A DNA stretch of 64,000 nucleotides from Phoronis australis (lineage: Eukaryota > Animalia > Phoronida): the NCBI GenBank assembly GCA_002633005.1, contig NMRA01000349.1, positions 124,001 to 188,000 of the forward strand, given 5' to 3'. Below, piece after piece: positions 45,457 to 59,093 of this stretch. Numbering within the stretch: the first letter of the stretch is position 1; every line of letters begins with the position of its first letter. Position numbers and translations under genes: made by a program. The notes under the pieces were generated by a model, which searched no databases, was not told where the DNA came from, and worked only from the letters and a program-made list of their open reading frames with translations.

Positions 45457-47671
45457 TGCATTCCCCTTTAAAGCAATCCACAACAGCAAATATCACATTT
45501 GGTTTTTGCCAAAATATGAGACAGTCCGAACTTTAAAAACAGCGCATATGTATGCAACTACATATTGATCGCCGTTTCGGTTCATTGTCTTTTAGAATGG
45601 TTTATAGACAATAAACCGAAATGTCGATCAATATGATGTTGTTTACGTATGCATTCATTTTACAGTTCGGACAGCAAATATGCTGTAGTCTGTATATTTT
45701 GAAAGATGATAAATTCTCATCACAAAAACTAAGAAAACGTGTTTTTGTTATCAGCTCCGTCGGTATTTGATGATAGCAATGCCACCATTTTGTGATTTTT
45801 CCACCATCTGGAAAAAGTAATTCATCTCGTTCTCCTGGTTCAGCCCTTGTCATGCAGTCGTTAATTGAAACTTCCAAGAGAAGATTGTTCGCTGTAATAA
45901 AAAGTATCTAGGTGTTTTTTGTGGTTCTCTCCTTAATAAGTTGTGTAACTGTGACTTAAATAATCTATTCGCTGATTGTGTCGCAGTTGTGCACTTAAAC
46001 ATGATATTACTGTTATCTTTTGTTTTCCATATGACCACATCCTGTCCTTTCCTCGAGCAGTAACACTTTCTTTACTGGAGACACTAGGTCACCAATGATG
46101 TCAACAATGCCCATAACACTGTGGTGTTGGCTTCTGTAGCAGTAGTGTGTAGCAGAAGGGGGGGAGGGGCTGGCTGACGGGGTGATGGCCCCGGGCATCC
46201 ACATCAGAGAGGGGGGCATCCAATTACTATGAATATTTTTTGAAATTGTGACTCAATTAAAATTGCATGAAGTTTCTATTTTCATCTTTTCTTATTTTTT
46301 CTTATTAGTAGGGTTCATGCACTTGAGTAGAGAGAGGGAAGCATTCTGTAAAAAAATCGCATCACCAAACCTCTGCACGCTGCTGTTCCACAGTTCATTT
46401 TATAGGTGTTAGTAACGCTCGGCGCTTTAAACCTACTAGTTGTTTTACCTCAGAGGTGCGAGCGTTTTAGATCCTAACGCAGTAAGTTATCCAATACATT
46501 CCGGTTCTACTGGTCCCACCAAAATGGTCTCAAATAGCAGTAGGGAAAATGAAATTATCGGAGAGAATAGTTATACTGTTTAAAGAGACATGGAGCCGTA
46601 GCACGGAATCGATCCACCTATTCCCGCAATTGCCTTTGTGTCTAACTTTCTACCGCGCTGCTGAATTCACACTCTTCAAGCAGCAGATTATTTTCAAATG
46701 TATTGTAATGGAAAGTTTCAATGATACTTTTTCGCTATAAAGCAACGAAAAGAAACCGCCAGGTTGAAAATGTACTAAATTGCATAGGCCTACTGTCCAA
46801 ACAAGTAACGTATCAATATGTAATGCTCGATGGTTTTACGAAATTACGAATATGTCTGTGTTACGTACCTCAAGTCTATACTTCCTTTAGGACTTTCAGT
46901 GATAAGCTTCGGACGCGTGGTAGAAGACGTCACGGTCAAGTGATTATGCATGATAAGGAATGGTGGAAACTGAGGTGCGTGCTTGAAAATGTAAGAAACG
47001 TCGGCCTTTCCGAATCTGATTTTTCCATTCGTCGAAGATATTTGAGGACAAATTCCGAAAAGAGCAAGTGGAACTCGATTTTGAAGAACAATAAGTGTCC
47101 CTTGTTTCAACTGATTCAATATTTTGGTAGTTTCGTCAACGTGGCGGTCATTCTCAAAATAATAGTGCGAGCACGTGGTGAGTCATTGTAGGCCTGACAA
47201 AAATCGTATTTGGTTGTGGTTATCCTGATGCGCTTTCTTTAGTTGTTGTTTTTTGCAAAAACAAAAATTCACTTGATATCTGCTGAAGAAGCGTGGCTAC
47301 GAACTCACCACTTTCTCTGTCTCTATCCTCCCATTTTCTTATAAGAAAACCTTCTGGAATCTGCTTTAAGTAGTGATTCCAGCTTTAAAAATGGTGCCGC
47401 GTACACCAAACCAAATGAGCTTTTTGGCTCTTCAAAGCGCACTTTATGAAGTGAGATGCAAGTAAATTACATTTGGTAATTGCTTGATTACTTTCTTCAA
47501 TATCTTTAATTGATTGAAATTTCGGAATATCTGAGAATGTTGCATAATATATTTATATTTAATATTTATTTCATTATTTTTACTCATGACAATTTCGTAT
47601 TCGTGAAGAATTCAAATTATCCGAACAGGTCCCCAAGCTGTGTAAGTTTGTTGCAAAAAACATCGTTAAAA

Positions 47672-47914
47672 CATGCGCGCACACAACCTAAAAAACAGGG
47701 GCTTGAATTCTTGGGAATGTGTACCTTTTACTAAGATTCACAGTGTACGTTCAGAGCCCTGAATTATGAATTATGAATTATGCATTCGCCGAATTTTGGT
47801 AGTTGATGCCTTTTTAGTGGACTATTGTCTCGTTTCCTACTTTTTCGGAGGCGGACCTTTTGCCCGTTTCGCCAAATGAACGAGTCCCCCGAGCTCCCCC
47901 CGGGCGCGAGCATG
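47672..47914. mobile_element. hAT5-like MITE, same family as 1704-1952
   Basis: CATGCGCGC...GGGCGCGAGCATG termini, TSD taaaa on both sides, shared core gcctttttagtggact...ggcggacctttt...ttcgccaaatg. Confidence 0.7.
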
Positions 47915-48317
47915 TAAAATGTCAAATCTCGTCTCACCTTCTACATGTTATTTGTGCCAAACTACGGTTGCTTGTGCTAATGTTGAATTAAACAAACCAA
48001 ACCGATTAAACAATTATTAAAATTACAGTGACCATCGATGGCTTATCGGGGCTAACATTAAGAGATTGCTTAGGTCAGACACGGGGGAATCATGAAATAC
48101 TACTGCTGTTCTAAAGTAGATACCTAACCCAAGTACGTGGTTCCCAAATTCAGACCATATGCTCTTTGTAATGCGCACGTCACGCGTCTTAATGGAAACC
48201 ATGGGCGGTTGTCGTGGGCACATACGTAACAACTGTTAGGAGAACATAAACACATCCCGGATATGTGGTTTCATAAATACCCTGGGACATCGGCGTGTTA
48301 CCATTCGTGCAGCAACG

Positions 48318-51300
48318 ATGACGAGACATCGGTGGGAGTCAGGCTATTGGTTGCCGCTTACTATAGCCGCTGGTGAGTTTTACACGCCAACTGCGAAGAC
48401 TTGAAGGCAGAACGATGTTGGCTGGATTATCATTTTGCTATAGTATGAATTTTTAATGTCGATGATGTATAAGAAAATTTCATTGATATTTAATGGTAAC
48501 ATTATACTGATTCTCGAGGGCAAGGGCCGAGGGAGATCAACTTTGTTTTCGCGAAGTCCACGTAATCTGCCATGTCCGATAAAATGGCCTATATTAATTT
48601 CATTACGCTAACACTGTTGTTTTTTTACTCTGATTTCTTTGTCCATTAGACTCGCGTGCCCAGATTTAATTGACTACTATCGTCCGCTCGCTAATTTTGT
48701 TTAGACATCAGTGGTTTGTGGTTTCTGCACCGTTTGCATCACGAATAGCGACATCTTACGTTCTTGCATCATCACGGTTTGAGATTTGTGGAATATCCGT
48801 CACCTAGGCCACCTGCTGATTGGGATTTACGTTTTGTTTTTATTGGTTGATTTCATTCTGCTCTGGATTATCGGCATCCCATAATCTGTTGTAAAGTGAC
48901 ATATACGTCTATCTGTGAAAAGGACAGTGGCAACAGATCGTCTCATAACAGAAGTCACATCCACCGATGAGTTTTAATCAGTTAAAAGATAGTAGTATCA
49001 GTGATCTTGTAATTATGGCTCGGGATACACTGTTCATTCACTTGGTCAATAGTATTGGAAGAAACGAAAATATATTCATGTAGTCATGCTGCAATTTCCA
49101 TTTCGTATCTGGATGTCGATTCATTTCTAGTACTCATCTGCGTCGCCAGAGGGCAGCAAAACTATGATTATCTTTCCGTCAATACGCCCATGGATGAAGA
49201 CGTAAACCAAGATCCTATAATTAATGAGGAGAATGGATATTATCAGCTCTACTCATACGTGCATAACGGTAAGGCTAATACATCAATGGATACTATCAGC
49301 TCACACTCATACATTCATAACAGTAAGACTTAAATTAAAATACAGAAGCATTTTTTTCTACACGATTTTGGTGGAGGAATGGAAATCATGGATGTTTATT
49401 TGACTGATTCGCACATTAATTAGGCACTTAGGACTGTAAACATGGTTCCAAATTCGAATGTCGGTCGAATTCGGTATTTCTTGAAATATACTCATGCATC
49501 ACTTTAAGAAACTCTCAATAAATTTTAAGAAATGGACATCTTGTTTTTTCAGAGGGTTCAGAACTCCCCAGTCTTAACGGCAGGGGGCGACCAGGGTCGG
49601 CCACGAACACGCACAGTTGTGACCGCGTGCGAGGTGTCCCGTCTCAGTTGAGAAGTAGATCTCACATGGGACCGCGGGGTCTAGGCTCGTTCTATCAGAA
49701 ATATACGGAGGCTTACGGTATACCGGTCTTAGGTAAGGCCTATACTGGTGTAATCCAATAGTGAAGAATATGAAGGAAATTGTGAATCTGCAGTGAGTGC
49801 ATACTTGGCAACGTTTCGACTTCGAGCCATTACTGACTTTATCAAGCATGTGCGGCATCTGTTGGAGATTGTCGGGAATGAGTCAAACGGCGAGAAATCT
49901 TTTGACAGTGTTCGGTCCCTGGTGTGTGACAGGTTAATTCTGAGTCCACCTGTCCTGCTCAGGGAGGAATAACCGTTCCTTTCATTGCGTTGCTGATACA
50001 GTAATCGGATTTCGTCATTCTGGATTGAATACTTCGTTCTACCCGGATTCGGCTTTTGTAATACTTTATTATTATCTTATTAATCAAGCAACTTTAAATT
50101 AAGTGTTCAATGGTAAAGTTGTTAAAATCACCCGTTAACGTAATTCGCCCCAGTCCGTTTTTAGATCATCGAGGCCCACCTGTGAGCCACGTACATTTTA
50201 TATTTGTCCACCGTCACAATTCCTGTCCTTACATGGTTCCGGTCACAGTAATTATTCTAATTAATGTGAGTAAATATTTAGTTTATGTGTTGTAGTACAT
50301 TTTCTTACAGTTTATTGCTAAACATATCGGTATTTCATCCGATGATTCTCATCATGTTTTACAGGATCTAATTCCTTGAGCGACAACGCCCTGAAGAGAG
50401 CGTGTTACATTGTGCGATTCCTGTTTGCTCACAGAAGGGACATCCGCCAGTCTTATTACAAGTATTTTGGACGTTTCGCGCTGATGGGCGTGAGGGAAGT
50501 CACAACTCATATTCCCGAGCATGCGTACTTAGGCGCATGGTGGAATCAGAGAGCACGTGGTCTGGGTGCTACTGTGACAGCTCCGGTCTCAACTGCTGGT
50601 GAAGAGAATGTGCTGTGTCATGGAGATGACAGATACAGGTAACATTAGGCTCTAATCAAATCCCATGATTTATAGAAACGTTTCGTTGCCTCTGATTTAC
50701 CGTTTTGCGTGCAGGTCGTCTGCCGATCAAGAGCTTATTATAAAACGTGGGTTTTTAAACTCTTCCCTTGCATTTCAACAACATACAGAAAACTAACAGA
50801 AGTTGTACGCGCATGAGTTGGATATCCACTTACCTCGACCGCAGTATGACGTTCAATCTAATTCGTGCACTTGACTCTTCTGGTAAACGAGGTTTCGTTT
50901 TAGCTGGTCTAATAGGTGTAATCGGTCCCACCTTGTACGAGTTTCTATAGCTACATGTTTCCACGTGTCGTGGAACGCTGTGTTTTATGTTTGTTTTGTC
51001 GTTGAAATGCTCTTTTTGCTTCAGGAGTGAAGATATTGGACTGCACGAGTTCTCTCACGGATATCATCTCTTGGGCGCCCGATTCGCCGTATCGGGCTTC
51101 CACAGTCGTCTGACAGCTGCATACAACAGCGCTCGTTCTCGGGGATTGTGGGCTAATACGTACTCCTTGAGTACGGTGCAAGAATATTTTGTACGTATAT
51201 ACCGTTGACCGACGTTGTACGAATCAAAATGTCTTGTTATTTTTAGTTACGTTGCCGGACTTCCATGTGTTTGCACACAGTCGCGTCCGGCTGCAGGGTC

Positions 51301-54300
51301 GCCGAGAGTGAGTTACTTGCGACAGATGTTTTTGGTTAATGGACAATACCTCGACAAACGCGATGCCTTCTTTACTTACGTTTTCAGCTTTAACAACGTT
51401 TCTCGTTCAGCTGCTTATTGTTTAACTGTTCATTAGCTTGACGGCAAAGAATGTTTTGTTGAGTGTTAAACTGATTTTCAACAAAAAATGCGAACATTTT
51501 GGACGTATGCCCAACAGAACATAGGTTTCGAGCGTTTACGCCAATTGCTTTGTGGGTTTCGTTCACGCGCGCATAGTTTTGAATCCTACGCATAAGCGTA
51601 TTTTGGAAAAACTATATAGCAAATTATTTTAGAAAAAAGTACCAGTGAAAATAACCTTGCTAATTACATTTCAAATCCACCTTTTGCTTTTCATACTTTG
51701 TCTCGTCACTTTTCCAATTGATCATAGCCTTGGAATTACTACGGTAAAACAAATAACAATTTTCTTTCCGAGCATCGTTGACCGTATTAAAAATCCATCT
51801 GCCTGTCATGAAACTTAACCCCTCCCCCTTCTTTCGTACATATGCTTGTCCTAAACATCAGGTGGCGATAATAGTTCGTGCTTCGGCGGTTTGAGTTGTT
51901 CACTATGATTTCAGGAAAAATCAAAAGTACTCAAACCTGAATTATTTTTATCCTATATTTTTTGTAAAACCACTGACCATGTAAGTTTCGCTTTTGCTTC
52001 AATCAAACGACTGACATCGTCTTTGATTTTGTTCCGTGTAGGCAGAGGGCGTGCAAAGTTACTTTGGTGTTAATGCGTACGCCAGTCCACCCAACGGCAT
52101 TCATAACCACGTGAATACACGAGACAAACTGCGGACGTATGACCCTTCGCTGTATAATCTAGTTAAAGAGGTGTTTCCGTGTGACATTGAGTACATCAAA
52201 AGGTGTCCTGCAAACGGTCGCACGCAGGCCGACCTGAGACGTAAGTTCTTCAAATGCACACGTACCACGAGTATTTGCACAGGAGTGGGGGGTCCTTTGT
52301 TGTGGAAATATTGGAGGACTAAATATCTATTTTCTATAACGTTAACTTTCATTTAACTCCCTCATCTCAGTAACTGCTTCCTAGCACCTTAATCGTCACA
52401 GGTTTAAAGTTATTCAAACCCGATTTGCATAAAAAAATAAATTACGTTTAGGCCATTTCTGTCGTGAAATTAGTCTCACTTCTAAATAAATTAGAGGTGA
52501 TGTCAGGCCTTCGAAAGAATTAACAGTTCGTTATAGCTTTAAACAATCGCTTAAAAGTTGACTTGTCACGGCGTGACATTCTATGTGCGAAGCATGAGCA
52601 TTGCCTCTAGAAGCAAAGAACTTACAGTTCATTGCAAAAACATAAATCACTTTTCATCAAAGTAAGAAAATATCGATTTTACAGTGGTGAAAATCAAAAG
52701 TTCGCTTCATGGATGGAACGCGAGGATTTATGGCCACTTTAAGTCACAAAAACTGAACAGGGTGTTCTTCTTTCACTCAAGATGAGACACTCAGAAAGTA
52801 ACAATCAAGAAGAGACTGTGTTTTCTTCCAAAAGCATGTCCACGACTTTCCTTTTAATCAGCATTGAATTTTTCTTGTGTAATGTGTTCTCCGATAATGG
52901 GTAATGTAATGGTCTGATATAACGAGCCGGAATTTTGAGAACCAGTTACCTCCATTGAATAACGGGCATCAAACTGGTTCTCAAAATACGGGCACAGACT
53001 ATTTTAAATGTTTGAATTACGTTCATTTTTACCTCTTGCAGGAGCGGAACAAGCTCAAGTAATGAATTGTGACGGTGGAGGCGGCGGTGGTGGAGGAGGT
53101 GGCGGCGGTGGTGGTGGCGGCGGCGGCGGCGGTGGTGGCGGCGGCGGCAACAGTAGGTCTAGACAAGTCATGTTTTCCTTATCTGTCTTAAATTATTTTG
53201 TACTATTCAACTTCCTGAAAATTGATAATTTAAGTGGTGCAAAATGATCTAAAATAAAAACAAAAAGACGGATTTGAAATAGGCAGTAAGCGTTTTTTGT
53301 TTAGACTTCATTTTATATTACTTTAACTGTCGTTTTGTCTTTTACTTATTTAGTTATTAGAAAGTCAGTTCAAAAATACAAGCAAGTGCAGAATTCCTGC
53401 AGTGGTGAACCAGTGTCCTATTACAATAAGCAAAGTGAAGTATGACGATACTGAAACACATACAGGCCATTCACTTGCGTAGCCTTTATATACTAGCCGT
53501 ATCTTTTTGTAAAATCCTTTAATTTTATTTTTGATGATAACACTCTGATTCTCTTTGTGTCACCTTAAAGTACGTATAGGATGCTTTGTTATCTGTACTT
53601 TTGGACAGCTGGAGTAGGACTCTGGATATCTAAAAATGGGCAACATTAGTAGATCGATACAGACCAATCTCTAACACTAAAACGTAAACATAAGACCAAC
53701 TTCTTGAAATGATCAAGCACAATTGCTGAACATCAACCGTATTGCCGCGTCTTTTGGTCCCTGGGCCTATATCCGAAATAATGCCTTTCTCACGGTATGT
53801 ATAGGGTATCATTCTTGTTACTAGACAGTGGCCACCGTCGCTAGTTGAACTACAGCCAGTGAAGCTCACATAGGCGCTTCACACGCAGGAAGCTTTTTGG
53901 CGAATTATGCTTCACACTGATTGAAAAATTAAAGTCACGCTGATATAAGTACCTTTTGCGCATAGAGTACACCTTAGGAGGCCGTGGATGTTTTTTAATT
54001 CTTTCCAACTCGAACAAATACTCTCGTAATCAAATTTTTTCTTCGAGAAGTCCTTCGTTCAGTTGCTCAGATCGGCAGGTTGTATGACGTCATACCCCTT
54101 GGCGTGCGCTGTGTAAAAATGGCCGGTTTCCTATTTTGGGAACTGAACGAAGGAATGCTCGAAGAAAAAGTTTAATGACGAGAGTATTTATTCGAGTTGA
54201 AGGCAATTAAATACATTGACGACCTCCTAAGGTGTCCTTCTTTCCGCAAAAGATTCTTATAACAACGTGACTTTGATTTTTGTGAGACATAATTCTCCGA

Positions 54301-55841
54301 AAAGCTTTTTTAATGTTAATTACGAAATCTTCAATACAATGAATATGCATCGCCCAGAAAGCCCCAAGAGGCATTGCATCTGGGTTAAATAAATACAAAG
54401 AAATCTACAATTATTATACACAAATTCATAAATTAAAAAACTGATGTTAAGATTACAATGACATATGATTACGAATGTAAATAAACCATTTCCATACACA
54501 ATAAGTTATTTTACATGTATACAGTTCTATGCACCCACACAAAGAGATTTAATATTAAAAAGAAATTTTAAATACTATTTCGACTAAAACCTGATTTTCA
54601 TTTGGGTTGAGTTCTTTACATTCATATAGAAAAAAAATAATTTTGTTGTACACGTGAGGAATATCAGAATATTTTTTGTAAACATTGGGGTATTGTTCGA
54701 GTGTCTGGAAAAGCTGTGCTCTCTGCTACCCGCATACCTCACAAGCAAAGAAAACATGAGCATTTGTCGGCGTATGAAGCTTCTATAGGAGCACCTAAGG
54801 AGCTTCACCGTCTCTACTGGCCAGCTATATACGGTGGTCTCTGTCTAAGCTGTTACAAGCATGAGAAAGGTCAACTGCGCGAATATTTGTCGATGTAGGT
54901 CTGAACAATTTTGCAGCTCTGAATTTGCGACATTGGTAGTATTTAATCTGTATTTATTTGTTTTTGTGCATTGACAGACTGCGAGGATTCCCATCGTCAG
55001 TGCTCTCTGTGGGCAAGTGATGGCTGGTGTGACCGCTGCTCTACCTGGATGCACGAAAACTGTAAAGAAAGTTGTAACAAATGTAATGGAGGTGGTGGCG
55101 GCGGNGCGGCGGCGGAGGAGGAGGAGGCGGCGGAGGAGGAGGAGGCGGCGGTGGAGGCGGCGGTAAGAGACCTCATAGCATTTAGTCGGCAACATATTAT
55201 TGACTAACGAACTCGTGAACTCTTGAGAACATTGGTCGTGAAAACAGCTTCGTAGCGTCCGATTCCAAAAGCTGCATGTCTCTATCCCAAAATATGTTGT
55301 AGCCTCCTCGGCATAAGTATGTTTATGCGTTCTTGCCTGTGCCGGTGTGTGTGTGTCTGTGTGTGCGTGTGTAACCGTACCTCATTTAAGGGTCAGTACA
55401 GAAGTTAATTACTGTCCTCTTGACACGCCCAACAGCTGATAAGACGTGTGATATGAATTAATACCTTCCTTCAAGTGGTTGATCATGATTTGCTTTCAGA
55501 CCCGCCTCCCGTTCAGTAACTTTAGGATCTCGCTAAAAAGCAAGACTTCGCGAGATTACGTGAAATATTGCCATGTATTTTAAATAAGAACACGTGACTT
55601 TGACTAGGGTTTAGCTTGGTCCTAACGTAGGTTCTGGCGTCTACTGAACGCACGCCAGACTTCCGTTTATCAAAAACCTCACATGTGAATTAGATGCAAG
55701 TTCATTTCTTTTTCAGGATCCTGTACGGATAATAGCCCTCACTGCGGCTACTGGGCTCGTATCGGGGAATGCAGAAAGAATCCCGCCTACATGCGGCCCA
55801 ATTGTAGGCGGAGCTGTCGACTATGCAGCCGCAAAAAGTAA
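48318..55841 (+). CDS. Secreted HEXXH zinc metalloprotease (bacterial ATLF/M90-like zincin) with poly-Gly linkers and two ShK domains
   Basis: Exons 48318-48372, 49131-49268, 49553-49732, 50365-50638, 51025-51190, 52042-52240, 53042-53152, 54978-55162 and 55717-55841, with matching phases apart from a single N at 55105. Signal peptide WLPLTIAAVLICVARG; motifs FYQKYTEAYGIPVLGS, TTHIPEH, RARGLG, GEENVL, HEFSH, QEYFAEGVQSYF, VNTR...YDP; ShK CEDSHRQCSLWASDGWC...CKESCNKC and CTDNSPHCGYWARIGECRKNPAYMRPNCRRSCRLC. Confidence 0.88.
49805..50040 (-). mobile_element. Penelope-like retroelement 3' remnant
   Basis: The reverse strand encodes SLSRTGGLRINLSHTRDRTL (like the LNRxGGLRxxLS tail after the PLE GIY-YIG domain), followed by a TTGATAA...GAAAC hammerhead-like core. 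Confidence 0.5.
50365..50638 (+). CDS. Zinc protease exon (SDNALKRACYIVRF...GEENVLCHGDDRY)
   Basis: ORF 50376..50642; ttttacag| and AG|gtaaca. Confidence 0.88.
51025..51190 (+). CDS. Zinc protease exon with HEFSH active-site motif
   Basis: ORF 50987..51208 trimmed to cttcag| and TTT|gtacgt. Confidence 0.88.
52042..52240 (+). CDS. Zinc protease exon (AEGVQSYF...YDPSLYNLVKEVFPC)
   Basis: ORF 52051..52356 trimmed to gtgtag| and C|gtaagt. Confidence 0.88.
53074..53148 (+). repeat. Coding (GGN)25 poly-glycine tract
   Basis: ggt/ggc/gga triplets in frame within exon 53042-53152. Confidence 0.9.
53965..54239. mobile_element. Palindromic MITE with about 105-bp TIRs
   Basis: acaccttaggagg...caactcgaacaaatactctcg...ccttcgttcagtt is the reverse complement of aactgaacgaagg...cgagagtatttattcgagttg...cctcctaaggtgt. 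Confidence 0.75.
54978..55162 (+). CDS. ShK domain 1 + poly-Gly exon
   Basis: ttgacag|AC TGC GAG GAT...; ShK Cys spacing; donor G|gtaaga. Confidence 0.8.
55717..55841 (+). CDS. ShK domain 2, terminal exon; absent from the ORF track
   Basis: tttttcag|GA TCC TGT ACG GAT...; canonical six-Cys ShK; TAA at 55839-55841. Confidence 0.85.
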
Positions 55842-57949
55842 ACACAATCAACAGACAAATTCACGAGATGAAATTGCAGATCTATGCGAGTCGACTGTGT
55901 GTTGTTATGCCAGGTGACTCTCAGTACAAGATTCACAGAAAATTACACGAATACACTGTGATAAAAACTTTCTTCGATGTGTACATATTCCATGCAACTT
56001 GTGTTGGTGTCATTTGTGCTATGAACTAGTACACAGTAGTTCGCGTCAGTGTTACTGGTACAGCTCGCACATTTACGTAAATATACGAATTACTTCTAAA
56101 TTGCCACACACTCCTTACATTGAAACAATGGATAAAATGTTCATGTCATTTGCACCGATTTGTAAGTCATAACAGTGACTCTAGTACCTGATTCACCTGC
56201 TGGCTAGAGTTTTCGTCCGTAAGGTGAACGGTGGCAAGGGTCGCTATTGCTGGATCTTCCATGGAGGTTTGAGTTACCCCGAAACTACTGGTGTTTTCGC
56301 CAGCACTTTGTACCCAGATAGCTTACTTCAAAGACACGCGTAACAGCGGTAGAGGGCCTTTGTGCCAACGTCACATCAATCAATTGGTGGCACTGAGTGA
56401 ACGTGTTTTGACATCAAATTTCGCTTAAAAGCGACTGGGGTGGTGAGGAAACGAACTAACTAATGGCCGAAAATTACCCCATCGCTCAGTGTCTGGCTAA
56501 AACGTTAGCATTTTCCCTATCGTTTTAACCACTGAAATTTTAAATGTTTTCGCCACTCACGCCCGCCAAAAAAACCACTAAAACTGCACACATTTAAATC
56601 TTGTTTCTGCCGTATAATGTTAATTACCGGGCTTAATTAATAAACTCAACATTTCCCTACGTTCTTGCTGTTTTATTTTTTTCGGCAGCCAAGGAGGGGG
56701 GGCGTGCTGACCTGAACCTTGTATAGTAGTCGGCTGGCGAAATTTGATAACTCTTTTAATAAAACTTTGATTGCAGGGTGGTGTTAGAGAAGCAAACATT
56801 TCATATCACAATCACCCAAAACCATAACTAATCACTGTTTGGAGGGTTGCCAAGCCCAAAGTCGAGAATTAACGAAGTTATCAAAGCTTTTAAGTTGGAA
56901 TTATTCTCTTTAAACCTTAATCTTGACTTATATTGAGATAACAAAGTAGGTTACTTCAGATCGTTAAGTAAGCACCACTCTCATTGGGTAATGTGTGGCT
57001 AAAAGGGTTTAAACTAGCCAATGAAAGATACGGTCACACACAGAAAACATCTTCACATGTCTGCTTTCAGGGAAAACATTTGTGGATGCTGTTTAAATTG
57101 GTCATTATTTAAACCACTCAGCTTAAGCGCTTACGAATTATGTTGCAATGCCTAAGCCTTTGTTATAATTTAACTTTGCAGTGTTTGATATAGAATGTTG
57201 TCTATATTTATTTAAAATCCTTAGCTCTGACTAAGCCCAGATCTGAGGTAGTCTCTCACTGTCACATTCTGTTCACACGATTTAGTAGGATTCGCATCGG
57301 TACTTGTCAGTAAACTTGTGCTTTCTGATTTCCCTGAATTGTTATCCAGTTTAGTGACTCTAAGTCTCGTGTACCTCAAATAATCACATGCTAAGAATTT
57401 ACCGATGGCACCTCTTTACTATCGATGGACGTATGAACGACGAGGCTGGAAAAACTTGCACTATCACAACGCCAAAAGCTAGAAGTGGCCGAGAAAACAA
57501 TATACATTTTTTGAAGATTCAAGTAAATTTTTACCACCTGTTGCAGTGTGGACGAAAGAAAATGAAAATGAAGATATAAACCTACCGTAANACGAGATAA
57601 TGTATTTTCAGGGAATACTGACAAATGAAAAGATCCGGAAAATAAGGCTATAAGCCTGTATCAGACTTTTGAGGTCAGAGCATTTCTTTGGATATAAGGA
57701 CACTCGATATTTTTCTTGTGCTTTCTGCAAATAATCTGTGATCTGCACCATCAAAATTAATTAAGTATTGACTTACTAGAACCATTCCGATAAAATATTG
57801 GATTAAATAACAAAACAAAACAGCAAGTGCTGCAAAGGATTCAATAGATCGCATAGGACGAGATAATAATGTTCCTTAGGAAAATTTAAAATTGATTGAC
57901 ATTTTATTCGAATATAAGCCTTGTTAGTGGGAATTCATGGCATGTTCGA

Positions 57950-58074
<125 letters not shown>

Positions 58075-58689
58075 GGTAGACATCAACCGAACTATACACT
58101 GGGCATGCTGTTTTGACAAAATTACCCGTTTCAATCTAGTGCGCTGGGAATATGCGAGCCACTGTTTTGTTCACATCATAGGCACGTGTAACCGTCTCTA
58201 AAAGTGAAATCTCGTGGAAAGCACTGCAACCAAATCTTGAAAAACAAAATATTAAATTATGTTTATTATTCATTCATGAATTCTTATATGAAGTGTACAC
58301 GGTGTAACTAACCAACAGTTTGGAAATAGTAATAGTCTATAAACTATATGAATATTTCGAGAAGATGGAAAATGCCTTTTACGCCAAATTGTTATATACT
58401 TTTTCTCAAAATTTTAATCATTTTGAATTTGCTTTACGGTATTGTTTCTACCTTTCTTAAAAAGTGACTGTTATTACTGCTTGCTGAATGCCTTGTGCAA
58501 CAAAAACGAAAGACTATACCAGACATTTTTCTTGTAGAAAATGTTGTTTGCCAATGTAACGCATAGGAACAAATTGCGAACTTCTTTTTATAACAGAATA
58601 CAAACTTGATTGAAGGCAAAACTAATCCTTTTGTTACACAGCTTTATATATACTCGCTCGCACTTTCTCTACAGTCTCTTGTAGCAAAT

Positions 58690-59093
58690 CACCAAGAGAC
58701 ATAACGGAATAACGGATAGACAAGTCAAAATAGTTGCTTTATTTCGAGACCTTATATCTAATGCCTACAAGTAATTTGTAAACTGAACATGATGGAAGCG
58801 AAATAAACCGTGAAATAAACAGTGATAGCAGGTAGTCGTGACACACGGTAGGAAGACCATAAGCGTAACGGAACAGAGCCTGCGTGTGGTAAGCACTTAT
58901 GAGCTGCTCATTCTTTACATTTTTCGTGACTAATCAACAGAGACACCAAAATCTTTAACCGAAATGCCATTTTCTACATAGCGAATAGCGGTATTGTCTA
59001 CTACTTCTCTTCTGGTTATTTTTCGGCCCGAAAATGAGACATGCGGTCTCGAAATGTAGCACCTATTTTAATTAACTTGTTTGTCTCGTGGTT
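58690..59093. mobile_element. Degenerate MITE
   Basis: ccaagagac...aaaatagttgctttatttcgagacc mirrored by ggtctcgaaatgtagcacctatttt...gtctcgtgg. Confidence 0.45.

Noticed and set aside
55106-55207. Ala/Glu-rich peptide AAAEEEEAAEEEE
   Set aside because: Off-frame reading of the poly-Gly tract caused by the N at 55105.
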